IMG/VR virus record: IMGVR_UViG_3300033273_000658
Location: 77,006-141,005 of that record
Length of the DNA: 64,000 bases
Direction: 5' to 3' (one strand)
Source of the DNA: a virus
Part shown: positions 34,116 to 44,108 of the stretch, piece after piece
Layout of the letters: every line of letters begins with the position of its first letter
How positions within the stretch are numbered: the stretch's first letter is position 1
Notes under the pieces: generated by a model
Told to the model about the DNA's origin: nothing
The model's input: only the letters and a program-made list of their open reading frames with translations
The model's database searches: none
Position numbers and translations under genes: made by a program

Positions 34116-34475
34116 ATGAAAATAAATGAATCTAAGTTAAAACAAATTATCAATGAAGAAATGATGATGCTTGACGATAAACATCATGACCATGAAATCG
34201 ATGAAGAAGGCGGAATGGCCAAGTCTCAGCTCTATAACATAGCAAAATATGCTATTATGCTTCACGATGCGTTAGAAGACGAAGATCAACTAGAAGCATG
34301 GGTTCAAAGTAAAATTACAATTGCAAAAGAATACATTGGAAAAGTTAAGCATTATCTAGAATACGAAATGGGGCTTGAGTTGGAAGATCCTGAATTAATG
34401 ACCGATGAATATTCCGAAGATGAAAGCGAATATTATGAATTTGAAGATGATGACGAAGATCCAATGTATACATGA
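34116..34475 (+). CDS. Hypothetical phage protein with LKQIINEE motif
   Basis: MKINESKLKQIINEE; MAKSQL...LEAWVQSKIT. Confidence 0.8.
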   Translation: MKINESKLKQIINEEMMMLDDKHHDHEIDEEGGMAKSQLYNIAKYAIMLHDALEDEDQLEAWVQSKITIAKEYIGKVKHYLEYEMGLELEDPELMTDEYSEDESEYYEFEDDDEDPMYT

Positions 34476-34502
34476 CCAGATTGGCAGGATTAGGGTAATC
34501 GC

Positions 34503-36572
34503 ATGAAAATAAAAATTATCTCCACTCGTATGACAACTATGTCTGAGGGAAAAGACGAAAAAAATTGGATTAAAAAACAACCAGAACAGTTACAGCCTAT
34601 TTGGAAAATGGCTAGTCAAAATAAGTTAAAAGTTTCAGACTTTAAATGGATTTTAAACAACAAACAAGAGCATCCATTGGAAGATGTTGTTGACGATGTC
34701 ATAAAATTCAAAAATCAAAAGATACAACAGATTTTGAAAAGTAATGATTTACCTTATAATTTAAAACAATACAAAAACGCCAATGATTTAAAACTAATTC
34801 TTTCTCAAATCGAACAAGTAGAAGAGGGAGAGATAAAATATGATGAAGTCTTAAAGGACCCTTCTCAAGTTAAATTTTTAAAAAAAGTTGGCAATAGAGA
34901 AATTTTGTTAGCCTTAACTCAAAAAGGTTCTATCTCTTGTGACATCTCCGGGAAAGACACTACATGGTGTACGACAAAAAGGAAAGGTCAAAACTTATTT
35001 TACAGTTACATCGCTAAAGACATTATCTTGTTTTACATTATGGACTATTCTAGAACTCCTCAGTTCAAAACAAAAGCAACAAAAGATCAGCCAGAAATAA
35101 CTGAAGACACTGATATGGATTCTAGACTATGTGTTGGATTTGCAAAAGGTAAGCCTATTTTGGATGGAAAAGCTGGTGGTGCTTCTGTTGATGCTGCCAA
35201 TAATGGTTTGACAGAAAGGTCTTTACAAAAGTATTTTGGAGATGATTACAATGAAATAATGAATTTAATGTACAAAGAAGCAGAAAAAATTGGAACAAAT
35301 CATCCAGCCAAAGAAACAATAAAACAAGCTGGTACAAACATTTTAAAATTAAAAAAAATAATTAAAAATTATGGAGAAGAAGAAAAGATAGATCTTTTTT
35401 CTGTGATTGTACCTAAAAACAGACAAAACATAATAATCCCAAGAGAAAAAATAGACCCTAGGGTATTGGATTACATTATTAAGTCTATGGAAGGATTTGA
35501 AACTAAATCGATTGGTATTAATTTTTTCACAAAGGTTACAACTGATTCAATAAAAGAATTAATCTTGATGGACTGCCCTCAACTACATTCTTCTACTATT
35601 GATTTCTTGGTTAAAAAAGTAATCGAAAATCCTTCAGAAAAATTGAGAGGATTAACCCATAACGATACTGAGGTGACATTGTTAGCGAGAACCAATAACA
35701 TTTCTCCCAATAATATTAAAGGTCTTATAAATGTCTTTCAGGGAAAACACCGTTGGAGCGACTATAAGAGATTTTGTAAGGCTCTCGCTGGTAATAAAAA
35801 TGTTTCCTCTGACGTTTTGGAAGATCTTTATAGTGAAGGTTGGCACACAGTTCAACTGCGTTATAACGATGCCAAAGAGATGTATTCTGCCGAAGGGATA
35901 AAATTCTTAAAAAATTTAAGAAGTTTGGTTTTAGCAAACCCCAATGTTTCAGCTGACATTGTTGGTAAATTGAATTTTAGTAATGTTCATCAGGTAATAG
36001 AATATCTAAAAAATACAAATGCCAATCCAGAAGTATTAAAACAGATTTTTAAAAAATCTCTTGACAATACCACAGGTAACCAGCAATTTCTTTTCTTTTA
36101 TGGTCTCGCTAGAAATAAGAATACACCTCATGAAATAATCAATCAAATTATAGAATTACAGCCAACACTAGGCATTCAAGTTTTACAAAATCCTAGTGTG
36201 CCAAAAGAAATTGTAGACTTAGTATATTATAAGATACCAGTAGAACAAAGGTATGAAATTGCTATTGAACGTACAATAAATGTTTATGCTTTATCTCTAT
36301 TTGCCAAAGAAGAAGATGTAGATGACAGGGCTCTTGCTGCGGGTCGAAAAGAATTGCCGATAGAAATTATGAAAGAGCTAGTTAATGACCCAAGCAAAGA
36401 AGTCAGAGAAGAATTGCTATATAATGAAAATGTAACAAATGAAATCTTGAAAATACTATCACAAGATGAAGATGATGATATAAAAACTGTGGCTATGCAA
36501 TACCTTAAACAAAGAGGAATCCAAGAAAGTTTTGGACGGCTAGCAAAAAAATTTAAAAGGCTTTTAAAATGA
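34503..36572 (+). CDS. Large protein with C-terminal leucine-rich-variant/HEAT-like repeats
   Basis: TTWCT motif; repeated A.N.N.P.E.L..L units. Confidence 0.75.
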   Translation: MKIKIISTRMTTMSEGKDEKNWIKKQPEQLQPIWKMASQNKLKVSDFKWILNNKQEHPLEDVVDDVIKFKNQKIQQILKSNDLPYNLKQYKNANDLKLILSQIEQVEEGEIKYDEVLKDPSQVKFLKKVGNREILLALTQKGSISCDISGKDTTWCTTKRKGQNLFYSYIAKDIILFYIMDYSRTPQFKTKATKDQPEITEDTDMDSRLCVGFAKGKPILDGKAGGASVDAANNGLTERSLQKYFGDDYNEIMNLMYKEAEKIGTNHPAKETIKQAGTNILKLKKIIKNYGEEEKIDLFSVIVPKNRQNIIIPREKIDPRVLDYIIKSMEGFETKSIGINFFTKVTTDSIKELILMDCPQLHSSTIDFLVKKVIENPSEKLRGLTHNDTEVTLLARTNNISPNNIKGLINVFQGKHRWSDYKRFCKALAGNKNVSSDVLEDLYSEGWHTVQLRYNDAKEMYSAEGIKFLKNLRSLVLANPNVSADIVGKLNFSNVHQVIEYLKNTNANPEVLKQIFKKSLDNTTGNQQFLFFYGLARNKNTPHEIINQIIELQPTLGIQVLQNPSVPKEIVDLVYYKIPVEQRYEIAIERTINVYALSLFAKEEDVDDRALAAGRKELPIEIMKELVNDPSKEVREELLYNENVTNEILKILSQDEDDDIKTVAMQYLKQRGIQESFGRLAKKFKRLLK

Positions 36573-36910
36573 AGACAGTTGATCATGTAGCGTTACTAGT
36601 AGACGACCTTGATGTTGCTCAAGCTTGGTACGAAGAAAGACTTGAAGCAACTTGCGAGTATTCCACAGATTCTTACCGTAGAATGCGTTTTAATAATACT
36701 ACCCTTGCTCTCATAAGCAAACATCGTTACCCCTATGCTCACGTTGGAATTCTTACCGAATGTAAGGAAGATTTACCCCAAGATGGAGAAAGGGTAGAAC
36801 ACCGAGATGGAACGATTGGAGTTTATCAATTTGATCCGGATGGAAACTGTATTGAATACATTTGGTATAACGAAGAATGCAAGAAGACCGTTAGAAATGA
36901 AAACAAATAA
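36569..36910 (+). CDS. VOC/glyoxalase family protein
   Basis: VDHVALLVDDLDVAQAWY...DPDGNCIE. Confidence 0.85.
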   Translation: MKTVDHVALLVDDLDVAQAWYEERLEATCEYSTDSYRRMRFNNTTLALISKHRYPYAHVGILTECKEDLPQDGERVEHRDGTIGVYQFDPDGNCIEYIWYNEECKKTVRNENK

Positions 36911-37154
36911 CAAGCCATTTATGGAATCTTATAGAGACATGTTTGAAGTTGGAGACATAGTGTGGTGGAGCGAATGGGAAACTTTAGAAAACTATGAATA
37001 CAGATCACAAGTTCAGCATGGTGCTATTATAGAAATAAGAATAAAAAAAAATTTGTACAACGAAAGATCGGTTTATGTGGCAGAGGTTCTTCCTTTTGGC
37101 CAAACAAAAACTCGTGAACTTTCTCTTCATCTTCTAAACAAAAGGACTAATTAA
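36897..37154 (+). CDS. KOW/SH3-like small protein
   Basis: MFEVGDIVWW. Confidence 0.6.
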   Translation: MKTNNKPFMESYRDMFEVGDIVWWSEWETLENYEYRSQVQHGAIIEIRIKKNLYNERSVYVAEVLPFGQTKTRELSLHLLNKRTN

Positions 37155-37157
37155 TAC

Positions 37158-38189
37158 ATGAATAAATTTTTTAATATTAATAATAAATGTGGGATGGATT
37201 TGTCTCAAACAGAAGAATTGTTCCATGATCTCGGACACTTTGCACAAAATCGATTTGGTTTCAAAAAACCACCTTCTCTTAATTTGGTATCAGATGTAGA
37301 GAACGGTCAAAAACCTCTTGGAAAAACAGCATATTACGATCCACATGAAAGATGTGTTACGATCTACACAGACAATAGACACATCAAGGACATTCTAAGA
37401 TCTCTTGCTCATGAACTAGTTCACCATATGCAAAATGAACTTGGCATGCTTGATGATGATGGTTATCACAGCCCTGGATATGCTCAAAAGAACAAGCAAA
37501 TGAGAAACAGAGAAAGTGAAGCTTATGAAAAGGGAAACCTTTGCATGCGAGATTGGGAAGATCGCCTAAAACAATCAAAACCTACTATTTATAACGAATG
37601 GAGAATTAAAACTATGTCTACTAAAAAATGGAAAAATAATGAACTTATGGAAAATGTAACCAGAAAGTTCGGATTCAAAATGGATCTCACTCAACTTAAT
37701 GAGGCTTCTTGTGGAAGCAAGAAAAAGTATGAAGAAGAATTAAAAGAAGAGAAGGAATGCCCTGAGTGTAAAGGCAAGGGTGACGAATGTAAGTGTCCTG
37801 ATAAAAAAGAATTAAAAGAAGTTGATGAAGATGGTGACGGAAAACCTGCTCCACCAAAATGGTCTAAAAAAAGCAAAGATAAACCAAAAGAACCACCAAA
37901 GTGGGCAGATGTAGATGATAATGATCCAAATGTTCAAGAATCCAAACTTCGAAAAGTCATAAGAAAAATTGTTCTCTCAGAGATGGCAAAAAAGAAACCT
38001 TTAGACGCTACAATGATTGACAGAATAAAAGACCCCAAAAAGGCTCAAAGATTAATCGATAAATATGAAGCGATTATCAAGAAAGAAGAAGATAAAACTG
38101 AATTTAAACACGGAGCTGCTGAGGATTATAAGAGAGCAGTTGATAATTTAAGAGTAGTATTAAGAGATCTTGAAAAGAAGGAAAAATAA
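37158..38189 (+). CDS. HExxH metallopeptidase-like protein with charged C-terminal half
   Basis: DILRSLAHELVHHMQ...ESEAY. Confidence 0.8.
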   Translation: MNKFFNINNKCGMDLSQTEELFHDLGHFAQNRFGFKKPPSLNLVSDVENGQKPLGKTAYYDPHERCVTIYTDNRHIKDILRSLAHELVHHMQNELGMLDDDGYHSPGYAQKNKQMRNRESEAYEKGNLCMRDWEDRLKQSKPTIYNEWRIKTMSTKKWKNNELMENVTRKFGFKMDLTQLNEASCGSKKKYEEELKEEKECPECKGKGDECKCPDKKELKEVDEDGDGKPAPPKWSKKSKDKPKEPPKWADVDDNDPNVQESKLRKVIRKIVLSEMAKKKPLDATMIDRIKDPKKAQRLIDKYEAIIKKEEDKTEFKHGAAEDYKRAVDNLRVVLRDLEKKEK

Positions 38190-39001
38190 TGAACAAAAAC
38201 ATTATTGAAATAAACAGTCTCCAAGAATTCTTGGATTTGGCCAAGGAAGAACAAATGACAGAAGAAGAAAAAGTACTAAGAGAATTTATTCGTAGAGAAC
38301 TTATCAAAGAAATAAAAGCCGAAGAACAACAAGAATTTGAATTAAGAAAAATAATTCGTAATCTATTGAAAGAAGGTGACATCTCTGATATTCATCCCCA
38401 CAGATCAACTGCTATTAATGCTCTTGAAGATGTTCTTAAAAAAATGATTCCAACTCTTAGAAAAGATTATAAAAATCTTACTACAGATAAAACCCAAAGA
38501 GAATCCTTTCGTGCACACATTCTTAAGGCGATGTCTGACATTGTTGCACCTGCTATGAATAATGCTAAGTATGCATCTGGTGGTGCATTACTCTCTGAGC
38601 CTTCTAATCTTGGTGACTCAGAAAAGCCAGAAAGCAATGATGACGATGACCTAGATGCTGAACTACAGGCCTTAGAAGAAGTTGAAATTGACATTACTGA
38701 TGATGAAGATCCAATTGAAAAGCCTGAAGAAGATAAGAAGCTCAATGTTGAACCAGATGATGAACCTGATGAAAAAGAAGAGTTTGGAATCCAAGGTATG
38801 GATGAAACAGGAAGAAACATGGCATACACCACATTTAGAAAAGTTTCCCAATACATTCTAGACACATTTGATATGCTAGCTAACCCAAAAGATAAAGAAG
38901 TTTTCATTGACTACCTCCTGACTAATTCAAAACTATACTTCGATAAATTTGAAGATGAACTTCAGAATACAGTTCAAGAACCAGATTCTCCTGAAGCTTA
39001 A
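38189..39001 (+). CDS. Acidic hypothetical protein (scaffold-like)
   Basis: LRKIIRNLLKE motif; D/E-rich. Confidence 0.75.
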   Translation: MNKNIIEINSLQEFLDLAKEEQMTEEEKVLREFIRRELIKEIKAEEQQEFELRKIIRNLLKEGDISDIHPHRSTAINALEDVLKKMIPTLRKDYKNLTTDKTQRESFRAHILKAMSDIVAPAMNNAKYASGGALLSEPSNLGDSEKPESNDDDDLDAELQALEEVEIDITDDEDPIEKPEEDKKLNVEPDDEPDEKEEFGIQGMDETGRNMAYTTFRKVSQYILDTFDMLANPKDKEVFIDYLLTNSKLYFDKFEDELQNTVQEPDSPEA

Positions 39002-39016
39002 TACAACAACAAATAT

Positions 39017-39045
39017 AATATAACATATCTAATCTTTATTGTCAA
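39017..39045 (-). promoter_or_regulatory. Antisense sigma70 promoter in a very AT-rich gap
   Basis: Reverse complement TTGACA-ATAAAGATTAGATATGT-TATATT. Confidence 0.65.
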
Positions 39046-39124
39046 ATAATTTTATTAATATAATTTTAGATATATTAATTTTTTATATATAATAATATTA
39101 TATAATATATAACAATAAAATAAT

Positions 39125-39502
39125 ATGTGGAAAAAGAAATTAAGAGAATATAAAGGTAAGTTTGAAAACTACTCTATTAGAAAAAAACTGAATTATGAAA
39201 AGAAGATTAATTCTAATTTCGAAACAATTCTTAATTCTCTAACACTGGAAGAAATAATAGCACTTAAATTAGAACTTGCTGCATCTCATGTAAACCATAA
39301 ATTGTATGGGTTTCCTATTATCAGGTCTATAAAATTTATTGTAAGAGAAGCAGTTGTTAAATTTGCTCTCTCAGCTACTAGAACTCCAAAAGATGCTGCT
39401 GGTGTATTGGGTATAACAGAAAGACAATTAAAAGAAGAAATACAAAGATTTCAAATAAATCCGAAAGAATGTAATTATGAAGTGTCAGAAGATACTAATT
39501 AA
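39125..39502 (+). CDS. Small protein with Fis-type (HTH_8-like) helix-turn-helix
   Basis: EAVVKFALSATRTPKDAAGVLGITERQLKEEIQRFQI fits E..I..AL......AA..LGI....L..K...Y.I. Confidence 0.6.
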   Translation: MWKKKLREYKGKFENYSIRKKLNYEKKINSNFETILNSLTLEEIIALKLELAASHVNHKLYGFPIIRSIKFIVREAVVKFALSATRTPKDAAGVLGITERQLKEEIQRFQINPKECNYEVSEDTN

Positions 39503-39518
39503 TTTGAGGTATTTTACT

Positions 39519-40715
39519 ATGGAAGAAACTGAAGAAATCTTAGATGAAAAACGTGGCAAAAAAAGACACCACAAAAAGAAGGCTAAGAAAAAGGGTAAAA
39601 CTGATGGAAAAAGTGCAAAGTCCAAAGGATACACTTTAAGAGATTGGTTTGATGAAGGAGGATGGGTACAAGCTGGGGGCAAGTATGATGGAAAACCGTG
39701 TGCTAAACAACCCGGTCAAAAGACAAAACCTTTTTGTAGAGATCCTGACGATAGAGCTAAAATGAGCAAAAAAGAGAGAGAATCTCGTGCTAAGAAAAAA
39801 AGAAAAGAAGATCCAAATCCAAACAGAAAAGGGAAGGCTAAAAACGTGACTGCAAAAAACAAGAAAAAATCCAAGAAGAATGAAGATGTATTCAGACTAT
39901 CTAATGAAGAAATTAGAACAATTATTTCTGAAGAGCTTGAAAAGGTATTGGATGAAAAACGTGGTAAAAAAAGACATCACAAAAAGAAAGCTAAGAAAAA
40001 AGCCAAAAGAGATGCATGTTACCATAAAGTAAAAAGAAGATATAAGATCTGGCCTTCTGCTTATGCATCTGGTGCATTAACAAGATGCAGAAAAGTAGGT
40101 GCAAAGAATTGGGGTAACAAATCGAAAAAGAAGAAAAAATCTAAAAAAAATGAATCAATTTCTGAATCATTACAGTATCATTTAGACCATGGTGTAGGTG
40201 TTGATAAAAATGTCTTCAGACCAGGAAGTTCTGAGTTTTTTAATGTTTTTAGAGAAGCAAGACAGTTGTTTCGCGAAGGAGTGTATAAAATACATTCAGA
40301 AAATGAAAAAGAAATTATTGAATCTGATCTCGGAGAATTTGGAATGTTTGGAGAACAAATGGTACCTCTTGATTTTCCAATGCTAATAGAACAAGATGAA
40401 GATGAATTACTTGACGAAAAGAAACGTAGAAAGAAAAAAAAGAAGAAAGATCCTCCTTTAAATAAACCAACAAAAAACACCGGCGGAGGAAAAAAGTATA
40501 AAGTATATGTTAGATCAAAGTCTGGTGGTGTAAAAAAGATTACCTATGGTGATGCCAAAGGTGGCCTCAAAGGAAACTGGAACAACGCAGAAGCAAGAAC
40601 GAATTTTGCAAAAAGACATAAGTGCGCTGATAAGAAAGATAGAACTAAAGCTGGATACTGGGCGTGTAGAGCTCACAAGCATTTTGGAAAGAATGTTCCC
40701 GGAAGGTTCTGGTAA
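39519..40715 (+). CDS. Lys-rich modular phage protein
   Basis: Repeated LDEKRGKKRHHKKKAKKK; CYHKVK..Y..WPSAYASGAL..CRK; FAKRHKC...AGYWAC. Confidence 0.8.
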   Translation: MEETEEILDEKRGKKRHHKKKAKKKGKTDGKSAKSKGYTLRDWFDEGGWVQAGGKYDGKPCAKQPGQKTKPFCRDPDDRAKMSKKERESRAKKKRKEDPNPNRKGKAKNVTAKNKKKSKKNEDVFRLSNEEIRTIISEELEKVLDEKRGKKRHHKKKAKKKAKRDACYHKVKRRYKIWPSAYASGALTRCRKVGAKNWGNKSKKKKKSKKNESISESLQYHLDHGVGVDKNVFRPGSSEFFNVFREARQLFREGVYKIHSENEKEIIESDLGEFGMFGEQMVPLDFPMLIEQDEDELLDEKKRRKKKKKKDPPLNKPTKNTGGGKKYKVYVRSKSGGVKKITYGDAKGGLKGNWNNAEARTNFAKRHKCADKKDRTKAGYWACRAHKHFGKNVPGRFW

Positions 40716-41269
40716 TGAAGTTTAGAATATTAATGGAAAATTGGAAAAAATTTGTTCTAAAAGAGAACGAAGATTTAGAAATACCTGAAATGGAAGATAA
40801 TTTTCTTTACCATGGTACCAGTATTAAAAATGCAAAAGATATTGAAGAGGGAGGCTTAGAGCCAAGTTTCGGTCCTGTGGTTAAAGGAACAGAGGGATAT
40901 GGTTACTACATGGATGATGATTATTATGATCCGTATTATAGAGTGGAAGGAACCTTGTTTTTTTCTGACGATATTGATACATGGAAATATGGCAGCTTAA
41001 GAGATGGAAAATTGTTAGGTGGCAACAATGTTGATGAAGCAGCACTGGTTATTGTAGAAAATAATGATTCCATTTATAGAATGCTTGAAGACGGCGTAGT
41101 TATTGATTACGAAGGCAATCAAGTTGATTATGTTGGAGATTTACCGGTAGATAAACTTCCTCCATTTATAGAAAGAAACGATTTTTTTTCAATTGAATGG
41201 CAACCGGCTGAAGATGTCTTGTACGGAGAACGATTAAAAGCATTTTTAAAAAAATATGGCAACCTCTAG
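40715..41269 (+). CDS. Putative ADP-ribosyltransferase-fold protein
   Basis: LYHGTS...I...GL.P and LFFS motifs. Confidence 0.5.
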   Translation: MKFRILMENWKKFVLKENEDLEIPEMEDNFLYHGTSIKNAKDIEEGGLEPSFGPVVKGTEGYGYYMDDDYYDPYYRVEGTLFFSDDIDTWKYGSLRDGKLLGGNNVDEAALVIVENNDSIYRMLEDGVVIDYEGNQVDYVGDLPVDKLPPFIERNDFFSIEWQPAEDVLYGERLKAFLKKYGNL

Positions 41270-41277
41270 AGTATAAG

Positions 41278-41547
41278 ATGGACTTCCCATTCACTGAAAA
41301 AAGAATATCAAAAAAAATTTTTTTGCGAGAGTTCAAAAGAGATGTTGTCTCCGATGAACTCATTTGGCACATGGATAGAGAAGATCGTTATGTTAAGGTT
41401 GTTTCCGGTAAAGGTTGGGAACTACAACTTGATAATAAATTGCCTACATTATTAAAAGAAAACACTATTTATTTCATACCAAAGTATACTTATCACCGTA
41501 TAATTAAAGGCGATACTGATTTAGTTGTGGAGATAGAAAAACTATGA
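41278..41547 (+). CDS. Small cupin-like protein
   Basis: LIWHMDREDR...IPKYTYHRIIKG. Confidence 0.75.
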   Translation: MDFPFTEKRISKKIFLREFKRDVVSDELIWHMDREDRYVKVVSGKGWELQLDNKLPTLLKENTIYFIPKYTYHRIIKGDTDLVVEIEKL

Positions 41548-42278
41548 AACATAAACTTATTATGGAAAACTGGAGAAAATTTGTTATAACAGAAGCATGG
41601 GCTGGAGGAAAAGGCTTTGGCTCTCTTATAAAGCCTGTAATGTTCCCTGACATCGGTCAGCCCGGAGATCCTCTCCGTCATGTTGAGTCTGGTGGCGAAC
41701 TTAAAGGTTGGGATAAATACGGACAATTGGTTGCCGAAGCATATCTAGCAGCACCAGACGAAAATTCTGCAGGATTGGAATCTTTTAATGCCCTTATTCC
41801 GCACATTGACAATAACTTTAAAAGAATTGTCGGAAGAGACACAGAAGTTAATTTTGTACCGGAAGATCCGTATTCCTCTGCTGAAGAAATGTTAGATGAT
41901 TACAAGCAGAATAAAAAACTTGACATTACAACACAATTTAATCAAGGTGGTTTTTATGGCCCAGAGCGAAATCTCAAGTTCCGCGCTGTACATGATTACT
42001 TTGCTCACATGAAAGCTGGAAAAAAAGATAAATTTAAGTTGCCTCGTTTTTCTTGGGAAGGAGAAATTAGAGCATACAATGAGCACATGCTTTTGGTTGG
42101 AAAACAAGCCAAGCTCCTGCCTGCTCTTTTCACTGAAATTATAGGACAAGCAGCAGTGTTCGGTTATACCGGAGCATTTCCAGATCAAAAAATTATTGCA
42201 ATACCGGGATTTGACTATGTTAACATCGGTGCTGTTGATGGTTATCAAATTATCGATGGAGATTTGGTGAAGGTATAA
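41544..42278 (+). CDS. Hypothetical phage protein
   Basis: MKHKLIMENWRKFV; NLKFRAVHDYFAH. Confidence 0.75.
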   Translation: MKHKLIMENWRKFVITEAWAGGKGFGSLIKPVMFPDIGQPGDPLRHVESGGELKGWDKYGQLVAEAYLAAPDENSAGLESFNALIPHIDNNFKRIVGRDTEVNFVPEDPYSSAEEMLDDYKQNKKLDITTQFNQGGFYGPERNLKFRAVHDYFAHMKAGKKDKFKLPRFSWEGEIRAYNEHMLLVGKQAKLLPALFTEIIGQAAVFGYTGAFPDQKIIAIPGFDYVNIGAVDGYQIIDGDLVKV

Positions 42279-42279
42279 C

Positions 42280-42861
42280 ATGTTAACTGCTATTGGCGAT
42301 GTAATGAGAGAAGCCTACAAGAGAGGCTGGATAACAACTCGTGATGGAAACTGTTCTGTTCGTATGAGAAACAGACCATTTCTCTACATCACCCCTTCGG
42401 GTGTTAGGAAGACCATTATTCATCCAGAGAGTGTTGTAAAAATAAAAATAAAGGATGATGAGCTTCATTTTAATCCATCTCTCCGCCCATCAGGTGAATT
42501 ATGGATGCATTGGAATCTTTTGAAAGATGCAACAAGTACCACATCAGTCCTTCACCTTCATCCTACGTACTGTGTTGCTGCAATGTACAAAGGTTGGCAG
42601 CTTAACGACATTGTTAAAGATTTTCCAGAGGTATTTCGTTATACCAGAACAGGACCTAATGTTCCAAAACTTGAAGCAACCTCACAAGATCTCGCAGATC
42701 AAACTTACCAGAAATTTTTAGGAAAAGATGGAAAGATAGCTTATGATATTGTAGGGCAAGAGTGTCATGGTGTAACAGCTATTGCAAAAAATCCATGGGA
42801 TGCTTTTGAGCACATAGAGAGATTAGAGCACATCTGTCAAATCGTTTTGGCGGCAAGTTAA
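42280..42861 (+). CDS. Class II aldolase/adducin family (MtnB/FucA-like)
   Basis: DGNCSVR, ITPSG, PSGELWMH, VLHLHP, HGV. Confidence 0.9.
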   Translation: MLTAIGDVMREAYKRGWITTRDGNCSVRMRNRPFLYITPSGVRKTIIHPESVVKIKIKDDELHFNPSLRPSGELWMHWNLLKDATSTTSVLHLHPTYCVAAMYKGWQLNDIVKDFPEVFRYTRTGPNVPKLEATSQDLADQTYQKFLGKDGKIAYDIVGQECHGVTAIAKNPWDAFEHIERLEHICQIVLAAS

Positions 42862-42879
42862 TTTTTTTTAAAAAAATTC

Positions 42880-42908
42880 TTGACACGCACCTTGGGGTAT
42901 GTTATAAT
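42880..42908 (+). promoter_or_regulatory. Consensus sigma70 promoter
   Basis: TTGACA-N17-TATAAT. Confidence 0.85.
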
Positions 42909-42939
42909 ATAAATACACAACAACAACCCCTGGAGCATA

Positions 42940-43734
42940 ATGCGTAAAATAGTTTTATTTGACATGGATGGAACACTAACTCCTCCAAGAGAACGTCTAG
43001 ATCAAAGTCTTGTTGAGACACTTATCAAGCTTAGTAATCATGCTGAGATTGGTATAGTGAGCGGTAGTGACTATGAATACATTATGCAGCAATGTGGTCT
43101 CCTGACACTGAAAGATCAAATTAACCTTAAGCTACATATTCTTCCATGCAATGGAACTATGCATTATGCTCCACCTTTATACCGAGAACAGCGTCATCAA
43201 TTGGTTCATGAGAATAACATGCGTCAAGTATTAGGTGATGCTGATCTCAATAAATTGTTTAAAAAAATTATTAATTATCAAGATCACATTGTATCTCATT
43301 ATGACATTCCTTTAACCGGTCACTTTGTTTCTTACCGTGGTTCAATGATAAATTGGTGTCCAATAGGCAGAAATGCAACTAAACAGGATAGAGAGATTTT
43401 TCAAGAGTTTGATAAGAATTTTGGAATGTCTTCATTCAGAAGAACAGTTCTGGAACAAATAAAAGAAGAGTTTTCTAATACCAAACTTGATGTCACAATC
43501 AAGCTAGGCGGTGAGACATCTTTTGACATTTTCCCTGTTGGGTGGGATAAAACTTATGCACTCAATCATTTTCCAGATTATAAAATCTGGTTCCTCGGTG
43601 ATAGGTGCGGAGATAATGGAAACGATAAAGAAATCTTCGATGCTTTACAACCAGAATGCTCTTTCTGGGTTGATGGCACCAAACATACCAAAGAGATTTT
43701 AGAAGAGCTTTTAATTCCAAAACTTGGTGAATAA
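42940..43734 (+). CDS. Eukaryote-type (HAD-IIB) phosphomannomutase
   Basis: LFDMDGTLT, VSGSD, RGSMINWCPIGRNA, GGETSFDIFPVGWDKTYAL, FLGD...GNDKEI. Confidence 0.9.
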   Translation: MRKIVLFDMDGTLTPPRERLDQSLVETLIKLSNHAEIGIVSGSDYEYIMQQCGLLTLKDQINLKLHILPCNGTMHYAPPLYREQRHQLVHENNMRQVLGDADLNKLFKKIINYQDHIVSHYDIPLTGHFVSYRGSMINWCPIGRNATKQDREIFQEFDKNFGMSSFRRTVLEQIKEEFSNTKLDVTIKLGGETSFDIFPVGWDKTYALNHFPDYKIWFLGDRCGDNGNDKEIFDALQPECSFWVDGTKHTKEILEELLIPKLGE

Positions 43735-44108
43735 TGAAAGAAACAAAAGACATTTTAAAGAGAGCAATGAAACACGGTTTTGATCTTAGCTTCATTGAAA
43801 ATTATAATGAAAAAAGAATACTACAAGGTCTTTATGATTATTTGGTTAGGAATCATTATTATTGTTCCATGGAAGATGGTGTTATCTATGTTGGAATAGA
43901 CATAGTTCAGGACATAGCTGAAGTTACAATTTCCAATAAAACTATGAAAGTTAAGCCGATAACAGATAAAGGATTCTTTGATATTCTTATTTCACTATTT
44001 AAGTACATAAGGTTCGCATCTTCTATAGAACAAAAAGAAATAGAAGAAGACATATCTACTGAAACAGATGAAGATGATGATGAATCAAGTGAGGAAATGT
44101 GGTTATGA
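43734..44108 (+). CDS. Hypothetical protein
   Basis: Coupled ORF. Confidence 0.7.
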   Translation: MKETKDILKRAMKHGFDLSFIENYNEKRILQGLYDYLVRNHYYCSMEDGVIYVGIDIVQDIAEVTISNKTMKVKPITDKGFFDILISLFKYIRFASSIEQKEIEEDISTETDEDDDESSEEMWL

